DNA of 64,000 nucleotides from Lytechinus pictus (Eukaryota): NCBI RefSeq assembly GCF_037042905.1, contig NC_087252.1, positions 8,930,001 to 8,994,000 of the forward strand, read 5' to 3'. Shown piece by piece: positions 51,122 to 64,000 of this stretch (position 1 is its first letter; each line of letters starts with the position of its first letter). The notes under the pieces were generated by a model. It saw only the letters and a program-made list of their open reading frames with translations, ran no database searches and was not told where the DNA came from. The position numbers and the translations under genes were made by a program.

Positions 51122-54100
51122 AATTCACCAATCAAAATTGTGTTCTCTCGTGATTGAAATAAGATTATAGATACTTTTTGTTTCTTCTTTACTTTTCTAT
51201 TTATAGATTTCTGGTACAAAGACATAGAGAGAGAGGGAGAAGCGAATATTTGTCACTACTATTAAATTCAATGGGAAACAAAATAATATTTCTTTCAATT
51301 GCATATTTCATCAACATCGGCCTATCTATGAGGGGGTGGGGCCCACGTTTAAAGAACACAAACAAATAGTTATCGAACTAAAAAGAAACAAGTTTGAAAA
51401 AAGGGTTATACTATTTACTGAATATTTGTAAAAAAAAAATAAAATAAAAATGAAAAAGAATTTCATCAAAAAGATAATGTCATTGTTGAAGAGGCTAAAA
51501 TTGGATCTCAAATATTGTGGACGGATAAAATAAAATCATATTGCGCCCTCTTTTGGAGTAACAAATATATTTCGTTGCAAAAGGGCACGTGATGATGATT
51601 TGCTAATGATGCCATAGAACTATTAACAAGAAGATGTATGTGAATCATATCATAATAAAGACTCATTGAACATAAGATTTACGAATATCATGTTGCTTTC
51701 ATGTACCTGCGGTAATACTTCCTCTAAAACAATTTCGTTGCCTTTCCTATGGCTACTCGATGTTCAATGTTCATAGTGGATTTGTGGTAACTTCATCCTT
51801 CAAACACACAACAAAAATTGTTTTCACCTGTCCATGTTTATCGATGACAAAATGGGACTCTGAGAGCACTTTAACAGGTGTAGGCGCAGATAATTTACAC
51901 TTCTTAAGGTGTTCCCAGTGTTACTTCATGGATAATTTTGGTCAAATTACCTTTCATTTCTTTCATTATGATAGGCAGATTTCAAAGCAAGATATTACGT
52001 AAGCTTGCCTTACATATCAGGATGAAGATATGGAATAGATCAGGTGACTAGAATAGCACACCAATGAACACTTTATGAAGGTATTTGTTGCATTCCTACT
52101 TTGAATGCATATCATAGCATGTTGCACAATGTACTTGGCAAACTGTGAAATACCAGTCGTTCGTGGACACATTGTTGTTTTTTGTAAATGTAAGTGAAAA
52201 CCACAATTCAAAAGAATATATGAATAATCAAGACATCAAAGTTGGTGCTTATCTCATTAGATTTTAAACCACCATTTCACTTTCGTACAAATGACCTTCC
52301 TCTGATCATGCGTAGAATCTTTTGATCATGCGCAGAAAGGAACTACAAACTGGCTTGCAATTTAATTTATTTATTTTTCCTATGTTTTTTTTGGGGGGGT
52401 TGTGGGTTGTTATTCTAACATTGTGCAAAAAGTAAATAATTCATGTTAACCTGTATTAATATTATTGATGTAGAATGCTGTATTTTTCGTTGAATTCCAA
52501 ACTCTAAAGTGAATTATTGTTATAGTATTTGGTGGTTTAGCATCATGGGCAACGTAGTATAACGCGCACTGTAAAAAAAAAAGATTAACCGGCACGAGGG
52601 TAATCATGTGTCCAACCAGTTTTGGGAAGTGTTTAACCCAATATGAGAATCATAATGTCCAGTAAGGTTAAAAAATAGGCAGCAATTACTTTAGATGGAC
52701 ACAAATTTTCATCTCACTGGAAAAAAAATAGAGTTGCGTGAGAACCAGGACAGGTAGCCGGCAGGCTAAATGGTAATAGCTTATATAATTATTGATAGTA
52801 ATCATGGTAATGAATTATCAGTAATAAGTTAATAGTCATAAGTTAACAAGTTATTAAGTAAATACTAGACAAGTTGATAAGTTAAGTAAACTGTTGGTTA
52901 AGTTAAGTTTATTGAAGTTAAGTTTAAACGTTTAAATGTTTATAGTTATCAGTAGTGAATATGAATAATTTAATATTATAGGTGTTAATAGATTATAATA
53001 TCATCATAATGAATAAACAACAGCCAAATCCACTCTGCATTCAGTCGTTTATTTCCTAAATGAAACACATGGTATGCGCGTTAGGGTGTATGTGTGTGTG
53101 TGTGTGTGTTCATATGTAATGTATTTACTTCTTCATTCCCAATTATTTCACATCTGAAGAAATAGGGAGTAGCCAAAGCTGTTTTCATGTTTGTTTCGCC
53201 TTTTTTTCCACTTTAATTATTTGATATATAGGCCTACATCGTCTCCATCTACAATACGTGCGCTTTTGCAGAACATTATTCTTTTTTATTTTCTGATTTT
53301 TCTCAAAATGTTGTTTAGAGCTGAATGAACTCGCCCCCCCCCCCCCCCGCTTAAAAAAAGTGGAAAGGAGGAAGTGAAGACAACGAATATAAGACAGAAG
53401 GAGAAGAGCATGAAGGGGAATGAGAAGAGAAGCAAAATAAAAGAACATGAGAGAGGAACAACGGAATGAAAGAGAGACAAATCGAGGAGAAAATAACGAG
53501 AAAAAAAATAAAATGAAATAATTTAAATATCGAGAAAAGGAGAACAAAGTGAACGAAGAAAGGGAAGGAAAAGAGAAAAAAATTGACTTTCTCGGTGCAT
53601 CAGATATGACACTGAACGTTGTCAACCATAAACATTTTTATATATATTTAGTAGACCCTATTATTTCTAATGTCAAATGCTTTCAAATACTTTGTAAACA
53701 GTAATTTTTGCATTGTGCTTTAGATTCTTATTTTATTTTAAGTTGTTAAAAATAATAGGGGGACTCGGTATGTTGGCCACACCACCCCCATTAAAAATAT
53801 CGTTGCGGCCGTTAGGATGAAATCTCCACCTGACCCCCCCCCCCCCTGCGGATCGAATCGAACTTTTGAACAGTGTTTGGTCAATGCTGTATGAAATGAT
53901 CGTACGGTTTCATTTGTCAGCAACCTTGATTTCAACACCGTGTATTTGATTTTTCCCCAATTATGCGAGTCAAAAACAGCGCTAATGCTATTGAGGTGAA
54001 ATACTTTTTATATATCTTTTTTATCAAGTCAGCAACACAAATTAGAAACATACAAACATCTATTCAAAGAGTTCACTTAACATTACACTCTTTTCGTTTA

Positions 54101-55789
54101 CAAGTGTAAATTCGTCATGGTTATCATGCATTTTTTAATGAAAGCCTTGCGTTTTTCAGATAAAAGGAAACCTTCACAAAAAATATGGAATAAAGACGTA
54201 GAGAGATCACTCTACTTACCTCTGCACTATCATCTTCCATTTAAAAATCTCTTGATCCTTCCTCTTTTTCCCTTATTTTCCTCCTTGTTAACCCACAAAA
54301 CTTGTACATTCAACAAAATATATGTAATGCACTACCCTTTTATTAAAATTATCTGATTTATTTTGGGGTTGGTTCCTTGCTTTGTTTTCTTATTCCTTTT
54401 CCCTACTTGACACTTTCCTTCCTTACGAGCAAACAAAAACTGAGAGGTTTCCATTTGGTACATTTCACATAACTTATTTATTCGTCATTAATGTACAATT
54501 CTCATCAGTAAAACAATCTGATAAACTATTACATGTATATTTAATTGTCATGTCGTGGCAAGGCAGAAACGCTCACACGCACATAAGTGACAAAAAGGGC
54601 TTCATCACAAACTCATCTATTTTAACACATTCTGTTCTAGATGCAATGATTTGGGGTTTTTTTAATGTTGTTCTTTAATTACTGATGGGGCTACCCTGTT
54701 GAAATAAAACTAAATAAATACAAATGAAATAAATAAAAATCTACGACAGTAAATATTTTATTTTTCTTTCTTTTAAAGGCGTTATGCAGCTACAGCCACA
54801 CCAATGAAACCGACTCCAGACTGATCAAAATTATTACACTATATTTTAAATGACATACCATCGGTCGGTTTGGTATCGTTTTCGGAGGTTCCGTGGCCGA
54901 TTGATTCAAGAGCAACCGCACGCATGCCTTGCGACTGGTCTACTATCCCATTTTAGAACAAATCGCATTTTTTATAATTGCAAGTATTTATTTTGGAGTA
55001 AGGGCCATATTAGTTTCAAATCGTAGCCAATCTTACGACTGTTATGACGTAATCACGACTACATACTGAATTCGGTTTTATTCTAATGAGGATTACAAAA
55101 CAGCCACAGGTCTGAACATAATTTGTATTCTTAAGATGATTCGAAATATTACATTGTAAGATATTCCATGTCTCACTATTAGCAGCAAATCCTACTACGT
55201 TTTATTTCAAAATCGGGTCACAGACCAATCGTGAGGTGTGCCGTGACCTTAAGGCGCCTGACTACATGTAGATGCATGACAGTCCGGGGGTCGATCTATA
55301 TGGCCTTGAGCAAGGCATTCAATCGACAAAGTCATTTTACCCTATATTCAAACAAATGGAAATGGAAAACTTATTCGTGGCAAACTACGTGTGCGCTTAT
55401 TAACAAAAAATGGGACAGCAAGCCGGTTTTGGGAAATAATAGCGCCACCTTCCGGCGGAGGTGAGGCGAAAGAATTGCATGACTCAATATAGGCCTCCGC
55501 TTATAAACGTTTCAGGGTTTTGTTTTCCAAAGGGTCAGCGTAGAATGTGACTGTTATTCACTTGCATAAATCGTTGGGAGTTTACTTAGCAAATCAGAGG
55601 AAATCATTCCCTAAATTGTCCTATATCATGTGCACTGGGAGAAAAAAGGGCGCTTTTTTATCAAATTATTTTTTTCAAATGGTTGTGCCCTACAGTAATA
55701 TCAACAGAGGGTGATGGAAACTTTTTGGTGCGCATAATAGATTAGTTAAATAAGAAAGAATTTGGGAAATAAGCAGGGAAAATGTTCTC

Positions 55790-58700
55790 TTTTTAAGAAA
55801 CGCAGTTCCAACAATACATGTAGAACGTTATGCTGGAAGAGCACTATTATATATATTAGGGGCTTTGTAAACAACTTCTCAGTCCAATTGTAAAAAACCT
55901 ACCTCCAACCTTGAATAATTTTGTTTCGATTTTAAATTTCTTTTTATGTCCAAACGTGTTCTGATACTATTCATGGTATGCACAGACAAATGAGATATTT
56001 TTCTTTAGATCACTAATATGGAAAGAAAAAACTTTTCATATTGAAAATGAAATTAACCATATTAGAGGAAAATGGGACATAACGTTCATAGAGGGAAACA
56101 TTTTTTTTGAAGTTTTCATAAGTGAATAAAGCACGCCCCCTTTTACAAAGTCTTTGAAGCAGTCGAAAATGCGGCATAATATTGTATCAACCATGAACTT
56201 TCATCCAGCAACATCTGAGCACATCCAAATAGTCTTTTTTTTTAAGTGCACCTTTTTCCTTTCCTTTTCCTTCTTTCTTTTTCCCCTTTCCTTCGCGTTT
56301 CCCTTTCTTTCTCCCTTCTTTTTCCTTTTTTCCCCCTGTGAAATCCGCCGGGGGCACCTTGCCCCCCTGCAACCCCCACCCCGCCTGTTACGCGACTGCC
56401 AAAAACAACAAACAACAATATTCGACATGGAAATGTTTTTCGATAATTAAAAATTTTCTCTTAAAGGTTTTTGCTAAACTATTTCATTGATATAATAAAG
56501 TCTAAGGATGTATTACAATTTGAAAAAACGATTGATTTTTGGTGGCGTAATGCAGAATTTAAATTTGATTGTAAGGTTCATATCTTGTGCGGCGATATAT
56601 TTTGTAGTAGATCTAGATTTAATCTTGGATTACTAACTACAATATACTTTTTTATCAAGATGAGGAAAGAATATAATTCAAGTCGAAAGAACTGTCAACA
56701 TAAGCAGCGTTTAAACGCTCACAATAAACACGGTCTCTGTTACAGACTAGTGTGTTGAGGGAGGCGGATTGCGAAGCGAATCGCTCATGAATAATTCATG
56801 ATTCTTCAGTGGCCACCTACGGCTTAAAAATTCGTTCCCCGGACCGCGCTAATTCTTCAGAAGTCACTGTTTACCACCAGGAGCTGGACAGAGGAACAGA
56901 AGATCCTGCGTCCAGAACTGAACCTTATGTAACCTTATGTATGTATATAATGTCTCATGGAAAAAAATGAAACGGATGAGGAATTGAGTGTGGAAAAAAT
57001 TATTTTGAAATATAGGTTTTCCCGTCCAATTTCGCACTTAGTGCATGCAGAAGTAAAGATAGGTCATTCAATTTCGCACATAGTGCATGGGAAAGTATGA
57101 ATATATCATTCAATATACATTAGGTAGGGCAGCCAAAATCACCAGTCGGCATTCAAATTCGCTATAGTGCAACCAAAATGGCCATTTGGCATTCATGATC
57201 GCTTTAGAGCAACCAAATCCTAATTTTCTAATTATCTCTTTTATCCTGCTTTCAAATAAATGGAAATGCTATGTGCATTATTTGTAACTTGGTGTGCACT
57301 TGTTAAAAAAAAATCCGCCACTCGGCTTACAAATTTGTACATAATGCAACCAAGTTCGCCCATGAAACCCCCTCGAGCTATGTTAGGGCATTCAATTTCG
57401 CCATTGTTAGGGCATTCAATTATACAATATGAGCATGCAATTTAGCACACGTAATTTTTTCTATTTGTTTAAATCTTTCTCATGTTTATATTTTCTTTCA
57501 TCTTATGAGCTTACTATGTCCATATTAAATATCGGATGGCTAAAGGCATATGAATTAACAGAGGGAAAATTTCCTGACATTTCCCTGTGTTAATTCATAT
57601 GTCTTTTGTATATATGTAGTTTTTTTTGTTCTTAATGTATATTTTCTTGTCATTTGCACCATCTCATCGATATATGAATTGACTCGAGACATAATCATAG
57701 CATGTATACAACATCATGATTTTCTTCTTTCATATTCACGTTTAATGTTCTTTTTATCTTGCATGTGTTTTCCTATGATTTTAATCATTTAAAACAATAA
57801 TCTTTTCATAAAAACTTAAGACATTGACTGCGGTTTTCTGTCCTTATGTAATTCTTTTTAAACCTTTTATAATCTTTAAAAACCTAATAACTAAATGTAT
57901 AAACTTAATATGACAAAATAAATTTCTAAATAAGCAAGCTACTGCTTCTATTTTATTTATATTATTTTTTACAAGCATCTGTAAAGAATAATGTAAATTG
58001 TCCAGTGCAGTTTTATGAATGGTCACTGGTGGCACACATACTGCAGGCCGGGAAAAACAAACGAAGAATGTTTGAATATGTATTACAAGTCATGTTAATA
58101 CAGTGCTAAATTGAATGCACTAGTTATGAACATGGATACCCAAAAGCGAAGTTGAACGCTCTGTCTTCAGTCACGTGACCTCCGGCGTTAACTTGAGAGG
58201 ACTACATCTATGGCGAATCTGATTGATGTTTTTACATTTTTGATTGCTCTGAAGCCAAACTGATCGCCCTATGGAGATTTTGGATGACTAGTTTGAATTC
58301 TTGGTTGCTCTTTAGCGAAATTGAATGAACTATTTATACTCTTGCATGCACTAAGTGCGAAATTGAGCGGGAAAACCTATAATAATGATAGTGTATTCCT
58401 GCAGTTAAATCATTTTCCAAAATAAGAAAAGCAAAAAAAATTCCAATAAAGATACCAATATGCCATTCGATATGCATCAAAAGTAGTTATCTCTAAACAG
58501 ACAACCTTAGCCCCTAAAATGAAAGTTGTTATTATTGAATTAACTTTGTTCATGGATACAATGGAAATAGGTTGATCTCTCCGTTTCAGGTGTGTCAAAG
58601 CAGTTCATTCAAATAAAACGGTCCATTTAGAATTTACTTTGAACAGTGGTCCAAAGGAAATCAAATTATTCGTGCTTTCACACGCCATGTCATTGATAAA

Positions 58701-59920
58701 TTAGTCGTTTGGAACTTAAATCTGAAAGTAAATAAGCCAAAATCAAAATGAAACTAATAAAATCAAGATTATTTCTTCTTTTATGACGGGACACAAAAGT
58801 TGTTCACGAAATCCTGACGGAAGCTTTTAGAATGCTTTGATAATGGCATTTCTCTTGCAGGAAATATCAATGCATTGTGTAAAAAAAAAATCTTTATGAT
58901 TTATGATTTTGCACGCCAACGGCCAATGATAATATATAGTGAAACTAAAACTGAAATCAAAATGATTCTTTGAAGGGGCGTGGCCTAATAGTCTCTTATG
59001 AGATCCTGACGAGCGCTTGAAACAGCAGTTATTTTGTTATTTTATTATTTTGCATTCTTTTTTCTACATGTATATTGCATGAAAAAAGTTAATTATATGT
59101 AAATATTGTATATACGTTAAATCTTGCTTCCAAAACTTCTCCTAGATTTTTTTGTGTTAGTCGAACGAAAAAATAATTCCTGACAATCTTTATGACGACC
59201 TGCAAACAATACACCTGAACCATATAATTGAGGTTACTCAACTACCACAAACAATGCAACTGATCTTAAGTTAAAGCACGTTTAATGATAAAAAACACAC
59301 CATTTTCAACTGGAGCAATATACTTGGAGCGAGAAGGTTGATTTTTTCCCTAACGTTTTATAGTTAATTTCTCCAATTATTGTATTTTCTTATGAGAAAA
59401 TTACATGCAAAATCCCTGAAGCAAAGAAAGCATGCAAAAGCGTTTGTCTCAACGTTGATATCTTTGTGATTACCACAATACGAATATTTTATCAAACTTG
59501 CTATAGCAACTACAAATTTTCAGCTCTATAATCATTCCCTATTCTTAGATCACAATGGTGCACTTTCTTTAAAAGACTTTATTCGGATGTGCTCAGATAA
59601 TGCTGGAAGAAAGTTCATGGTTGATATTGTGCCGCATTTTCGACTGCTTCAAAGACTTTGTAAAGGGGGCGTACTTTATTCACTTATGAAAACTTCATAA
59701 AGAAAAATATCTTATTTGTCTGTGCATACCATGAATAGTATCAGAACACGTTTCGACCTAAAAAGAAACTTAATCTAAAATCGAAACAAAATTTTTAAGG
59801 TTGGAGGTATTTTTTCTAACAACTGGACTGAGAAGTTGTTTACAAAACCCCTATTATGTAAAGGTGCTTTTCCAAGCATAGCGTTCTACATGCATTGTTG
59901 GAACTGCGATTCTTCAAAAA
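55790..59920. repeat. Long inverted repeat pair (55790-56252 and 59556-59920), foldback-like
   Basis: The arms are reverse complements over >350 bp, e.g. TTACAAAGTCTTTGAAGCAGTCGAAAATGCGGCA vs TGCCGCATTTTCGACTGCTTCAAAGACTTTGTAA. Confidence 0.85.
57013..58379. mobile_element. TAGG...CCTA TIR element (Academ-like) with subterminal CATTCAATTTCGC repeats
   Basis: TAGGTTTTCCCGTCCAATTTCGCACTTAGTGCATGCA / TGCATGCACTAAGTGCGAAATTGAGCGGGAAAACCTA. Confidence 0.78.
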
Positions 59921-59960
59921 AGTTGTGTTATGTTGGCTGATTAGGCCAAAATATGCTTAA

Positions 59961-60565
59961 AGGACAAGTCCACCCCAACAAAAATTTGGTTTGAATAAAA
60001 AGAGAAAAATTCAACAAGCATAACACTGAAAACTTCATCAAAATCGGATGTAAAATGAGAAAGTTATGGCATTTTTAAGTTTCGCTTCATTTCACAAAAC
60101 AGTGATATACACATTTCGGTCGGTATGCAAATGAGGAACTGATGACATCACTCACTCACTATAATTTCTTTTGTATTTTATTATATGAAATATGAAATAT
60201 TTTGATTTTCTCGTCATTTTCATGTGAAATGAAGTTTCATTCCTACCTGAACACGTGGAATTCCATTATTTTAACATTTCGTTCTTCAGGCAAGGAGGTC
60301 CTAATCGTCAAATTCGTAAAAATTGAAATATTGTATAATTCAAACAATAAAAAACAAAAGAAATAGTGAGTGAGTGACATCATCGACTCTCTCATTTGGA
60401 TGTAACTGGCTCGTTCATATAACTACTTTGTTAAAAATAAGCGAAACTTTGAAATGTCATAACTTTCTTATTTTACATCCGATTTTGATGAAATTTTTAG
60501 CATTGTGCTTGTCTGATTTTTCTCTATTGATTCAAATCAACATTTTTCTTAGGTGGACTTGACCT
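59961..60565. mobile_element. Kolobok-like MITE
   Basis: TTAA|AGGACAAGTCCACC...GGTGGACTTGACCT|TTAA, with long imperfect inverted repeats. Confidence 0.87.
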
Positions 60566-61177
60566 TTAAGAAAGGAAATTTCAAGTAACAAGCTGATTTT
60601 TTTTCAGGGTACGTCCAGGAACTTGTCTAGAATAACAAACTAAAAGTCCTCATATATATCCTCCTTGAGGATTTTTTGTTATCCAAGATAAGTCAGGTCC
60701 AGATTTGAGAAAAGTAGACTGCCTTAGGCAAATCGTATTAATGCTGAATTTAGAAGTGTTTTAACATAATTTGAGGGCGCTGAGTCCAAATTTGCTGTTT
60801 GCCAACCTTGATTTTGATGGTGAAACCCTCAAATTGGCAAAAACAATATGGCCGCAATTTTTCAACAATTTTTATTCTATTCTGACCCCAAAATCTTGTA
60901 ACAAAAACTTTTGTCAACGGTTTTTGGTACTATATGATCTCAGAAATAACATACTAAAAATCCGTATCCGGGAAAGTGGTTATTTTAAGATGGCGCCTAA
61001 GATGGCCGCCATTAACTGAAAATTAAAATAACCGGCACTTTGTCTACCCTACACACCTTTTTCGATGCATACATGTATTCAATGGTGGAGGGCGTAAAAG
61101 GAAAGTGTGATCATAGGCACTCCAGTGTACCTGAAAATCCAAGATTGCGTAAAATGGCTGCCATGGCCTAAAAATTC

Positions 61178-61637
61178 GGTTCCATGACAATTGCTCCGCC
61201 GACATTTGCTCCGCCGACAATTGCTACGCAAAATACGACAACTGCTCCGCCGACAATTGCTCCGGACAGTTGCTCCGCCGACAGTTGCTCCGTCGACACT
61301 TGCTCCGCCGATATGTGCTCCGTCGACACTTGCTCCGCCGATATTTGCTCCGCCGATATTTGCTCCGCCGACATCTGCTCCGCCGACATCTGCTCCGCCG
61401 TAAATTGCTCCGCCGACAATTGCTCCGCCGATAATTGCTCCGCCGACATCTGCTCCGATTGTACGACAATTGCTCCGCCGATATTTGCTCCGCCGAAAAT
61501 TGCTCCGATTATACGACAATTGCTCCGCGACAATTGCTCCGCCGATATTTGCTCCGCCGACATCTGCTCCGATTATACGACAATTGCTCCGCCGACATCT
61601 GCTAGTCCGCCGTAAATTGCTCCGATAATGCGACAAT
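61178..61637 (+). repeat. 15-bp tandem minisatellite (TTGCTCCGCCGACAA)n at a transposon terminus
   Basis: Roughly 30 units directly follow GGTTCCATGACA, the same terminus as 25272. Confidence 0.92.
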
Positions 61638-61781
61638 TATTTATTTATTTTTTTATTCGTACTTTCATACGCATAACAATTTTAGCACAGGCTGAAGGCG
61701 TCAATTTACCATGGAGCATAGCTCCATGAATCTACAAAGTAAACTTAAACTATGCTTGCATGATATATTAAATGTCATACA

Positions 61782-61932
61782 CAGGGGCCGCGGAACGGTT
61801 TTCAAAGTGAGGGCTGAGTCAAAAGTGGGGGCTGTCCATGCTAAAAATCACAATCATATGGTCATTCTTACGTTTTTTGTACACGGCTTTGGAAAATTGG
61901 GGGGCTAAAGCCCCCCGGCTCCGCGGCCCCTG
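61782..61932 (+). mobile_element. Short CAGG-terminus MITE with 5-bp TSD
   Basis: ATACA|CAGGGGCCGCGGA...TCCGCGGCCCCTG|ATACA. Confidence 0.8.
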
Positions 61933-62022
61933 ATACATGCATAATATAGAAAGAAATAGAAAAAAGGGGCAAGCACAAAGGAGGGATAGATATTCTTAAT
62001 GCTTATTCATGGTGGGGGGGGG

Positions 62023-62062
62023 CAGGCGCGTAGCCAGGGGGGCGGTCGCCCCCCCCCCCCCC

Positions 62063-62100
<38 letters not shown>

Positions 62101-63472
62101 GTCCCCAAAAAGAAAAAAAAGAGAGGAGAAAAGGAAAAGCGAAGGGAGGAAAGGGAAGAAAGGTAGCTTTGTGGGTTTTTCTTTTTATTCTTTATTTTTT
62201 CTCAAAAGAGAAACTCTTTCACTCTTGCTCTAAATTTATATGAATTTTGCTTCCGCGCTGCGCGCGGTTAGATGACAATATTGCAGTTCTCCTTTGTATC
62301 CCCTCACCCTTTCTCTAACCCTGTTTTTACACCTCAGCTATGTGTGTTTTTTGCCAGTTAAAGTTCAAATGTATACATTAGGGCGTGGAATTAGACATGT
62401 TTTATAGCTCCATGGAATTAGAGTAAGGTTAGTCTGAAGTATATGAAGTTATCTTTTTTTTTATTGATCGGGCAACTTCTGGTCGGGTCGACTCCGGGCG
62501 GGTAAAATCTTTATATCAATTTCTGCCGTCACCTTTCCATATAGGCAACTTCTCCCGCTTTTCAGCTCATTACTAAACAACCATAATTTGGGGGCGAACA
62601 GGTACCTATTTAAAAAGAGGAAAGTATACAATTCGTGTCGTATTAAATAAAAAAAAGTACAATATTTTTTATCAAATTCTATTAAACTTCATTTCCCTGC
62701 ACATTCATCTCCTGTCCTGTTTTGCGCCCTCAGTTTGAAATTTTTAATGACACCTAAGTTTCTTTATCATTCAAAATGAAGCGCTTCAGGATAATAGTCA
62801 AAGAAATCATCTTTTTTTATATAATTTAAATAAATCACAGAAGTTTCAACTTTTTGCGCACTATTTTCCTCGTAATGAAGTTCAATAATCTTAGAAAATC
62901 AATTGAATTAGAGCCGATGAGGTATTAGAGATATCTGCATTTGATGAAACGTCCGCCCTTTGAAATTTCAGTTTCATTGCTCAGGGCGGGGAGGATTATC
63001 TTCCTTCCGGCATATACCCTTCTCCTCCTCTGTTTTGCGAGTTAAAGATATAATTGTTTGTAATCAAATCTGATCTTTCTAAGGGATCGACGCATTCATT
63101 TTAACTTAGAGAACCCTTATCTTGGGACCCTTTTTTATTTGGAAAAAAACTTGATAAAATGCTTTAGCTTCCGCGCCTCGCGCGGGGTAATTATTATTTT
63201 AATTTCTTCCATTTTATCCCTTTTTTGTGCGTTCACAATCACTTTTGAAAAAAACGTTCAAAATCAAAATATAGTCAACTGAATTGGAGCTAGCTGATAT
63301 AGGTACTAGAGACAAGAGAGACGGCTCCTTTTCATTTTAATTCATGAAACACCGAAAGCTTCGCGCTTCGCGCGGGAGGGGGAAACTCCCCCTCCCTGCA
63401 TCCACCCCCTAGGGAGCGTGCTTCACGTGCATGTACCGCCCCCTCCAAAATAAAATCCTGGCTACGCGGTTG
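62023..63472. mobile_element. hAT-like non-autonomous element inserted in a poly-G tract
   Basis: TIR CAGGCGCGTAGCCAG / CTGGCTACGCGGTTG, G-runs on both flanks and internal CGCGCTTCGCGCG-type motifs. Confidence 0.72.
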
Positions 63473-64000
63473 GGGGGGGAGCATTTGTGTAAGTTTTATT
63501 ACGTGCCTGGCGATTAAAATGAAAAAAAAAACGCGTTTTCATGTAATTATTATAACCATATGGCTCCATGTTATAACAGTAGAAACAAATTAGACATACC
63601 CCATTCTTAGCGTCAAAATCGCTCAGACTGGCGAAATATGCTCCGAAGTGGAGACATTTGCTCCAGGTGAAATTCAACGGTATACCCCACCTTATTTTGT
63701 CGAAAACCTGTACTGTAGTCACGCAAAATGTTTACTATCGGCAAATTTTGTGCCATACAAACATGACCAAGACATTCAGTAAGTAAAAATTAATATTCAA
63801 GAAAATACCAACTTGTGAAAGGCTACATGTCGTGTCACCTTCTCGGCACAGCCCTCCACTCTGGTTTCCATATCCTCTCGTACACACAGTGCTCTCAGTC
63901 TGGTCTCCACATCCACATCATGTCATACACACCGTAGGTTTTTAGATTATGATAATACTGTATATAATAGTGAGTTGCTTTTTTGTTTTATGTTGATCAT

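Noticed and set aside
53185..53625. 146-aa hydrophobic ORF, and similar ORFs at 9549, 56154 and 62009
   Set aside because: Low-complexity purine/pyrimidine tracts in or near MITEs.
61079..61636. Overlapping repeat-protein ORFs (GGANI, SAEQI, CSADI, RRSNC)
   Set aside because: By-products of a 15-bp tandem repeat attached to a transposon terminus. Several frames are open on both strands and there is no splice context.
61178..61637. CRISPR-like array
   Set aside because: Units are contiguous with no unique spacers, there are no cas genes, and the context is eukaryotic.
1..64000. Prokaryotic defence/operon-type system or autonomous transposase
   Set aside because: No dense ORFs, no transposase, integrase or full RT reading frame. 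The window is spliced animal DNA.

Overview
AT-rich, intron-dominated animal genomic DNA, not prokaryotic. The repeat landscape and poly-G/poly-C tracts suggest an echinoderm such as a sea urchin (inference). Two protein-coding genes lie head-to-head. (1) A minus-strand lachesin/IgLON-like Ig cell-adhesion gene has five phase-compatible exons that I rebuilt by hand: 39714-39648 (signal peptide), 13275-13124, 12347-12176, 6974-6708 and 408-227. It has a ~26.4 kb first intron and runs off the left edge. (2) A plus-strand coding exon (50349-51121) encodes an all-alpha-helical protein. From memory it resembles an uncharacterised family of arbuscular-mycorrhizal fungi and cnidarians with a suspected ClyA/HBL-NHE-like fold, but it seems to lack the hydrophobic hairpin. 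The rest is a dense set of non-autonomous DNA transposons (Kolobok-, piggyBac-, Sola-, hAT-, Harbinger-, Tc1-, CACT- and Academ-like termini), 5'-truncated LINEs with TSDs and a tRNA-derived SINE. Notable structures are a triple-nested insertion, a minisatellite grown from a transposon end, a ~4 kb foldback, and several decayed coding-like relics. Superfamily labels rest on terminal and TSD signatures only; no searches were run.
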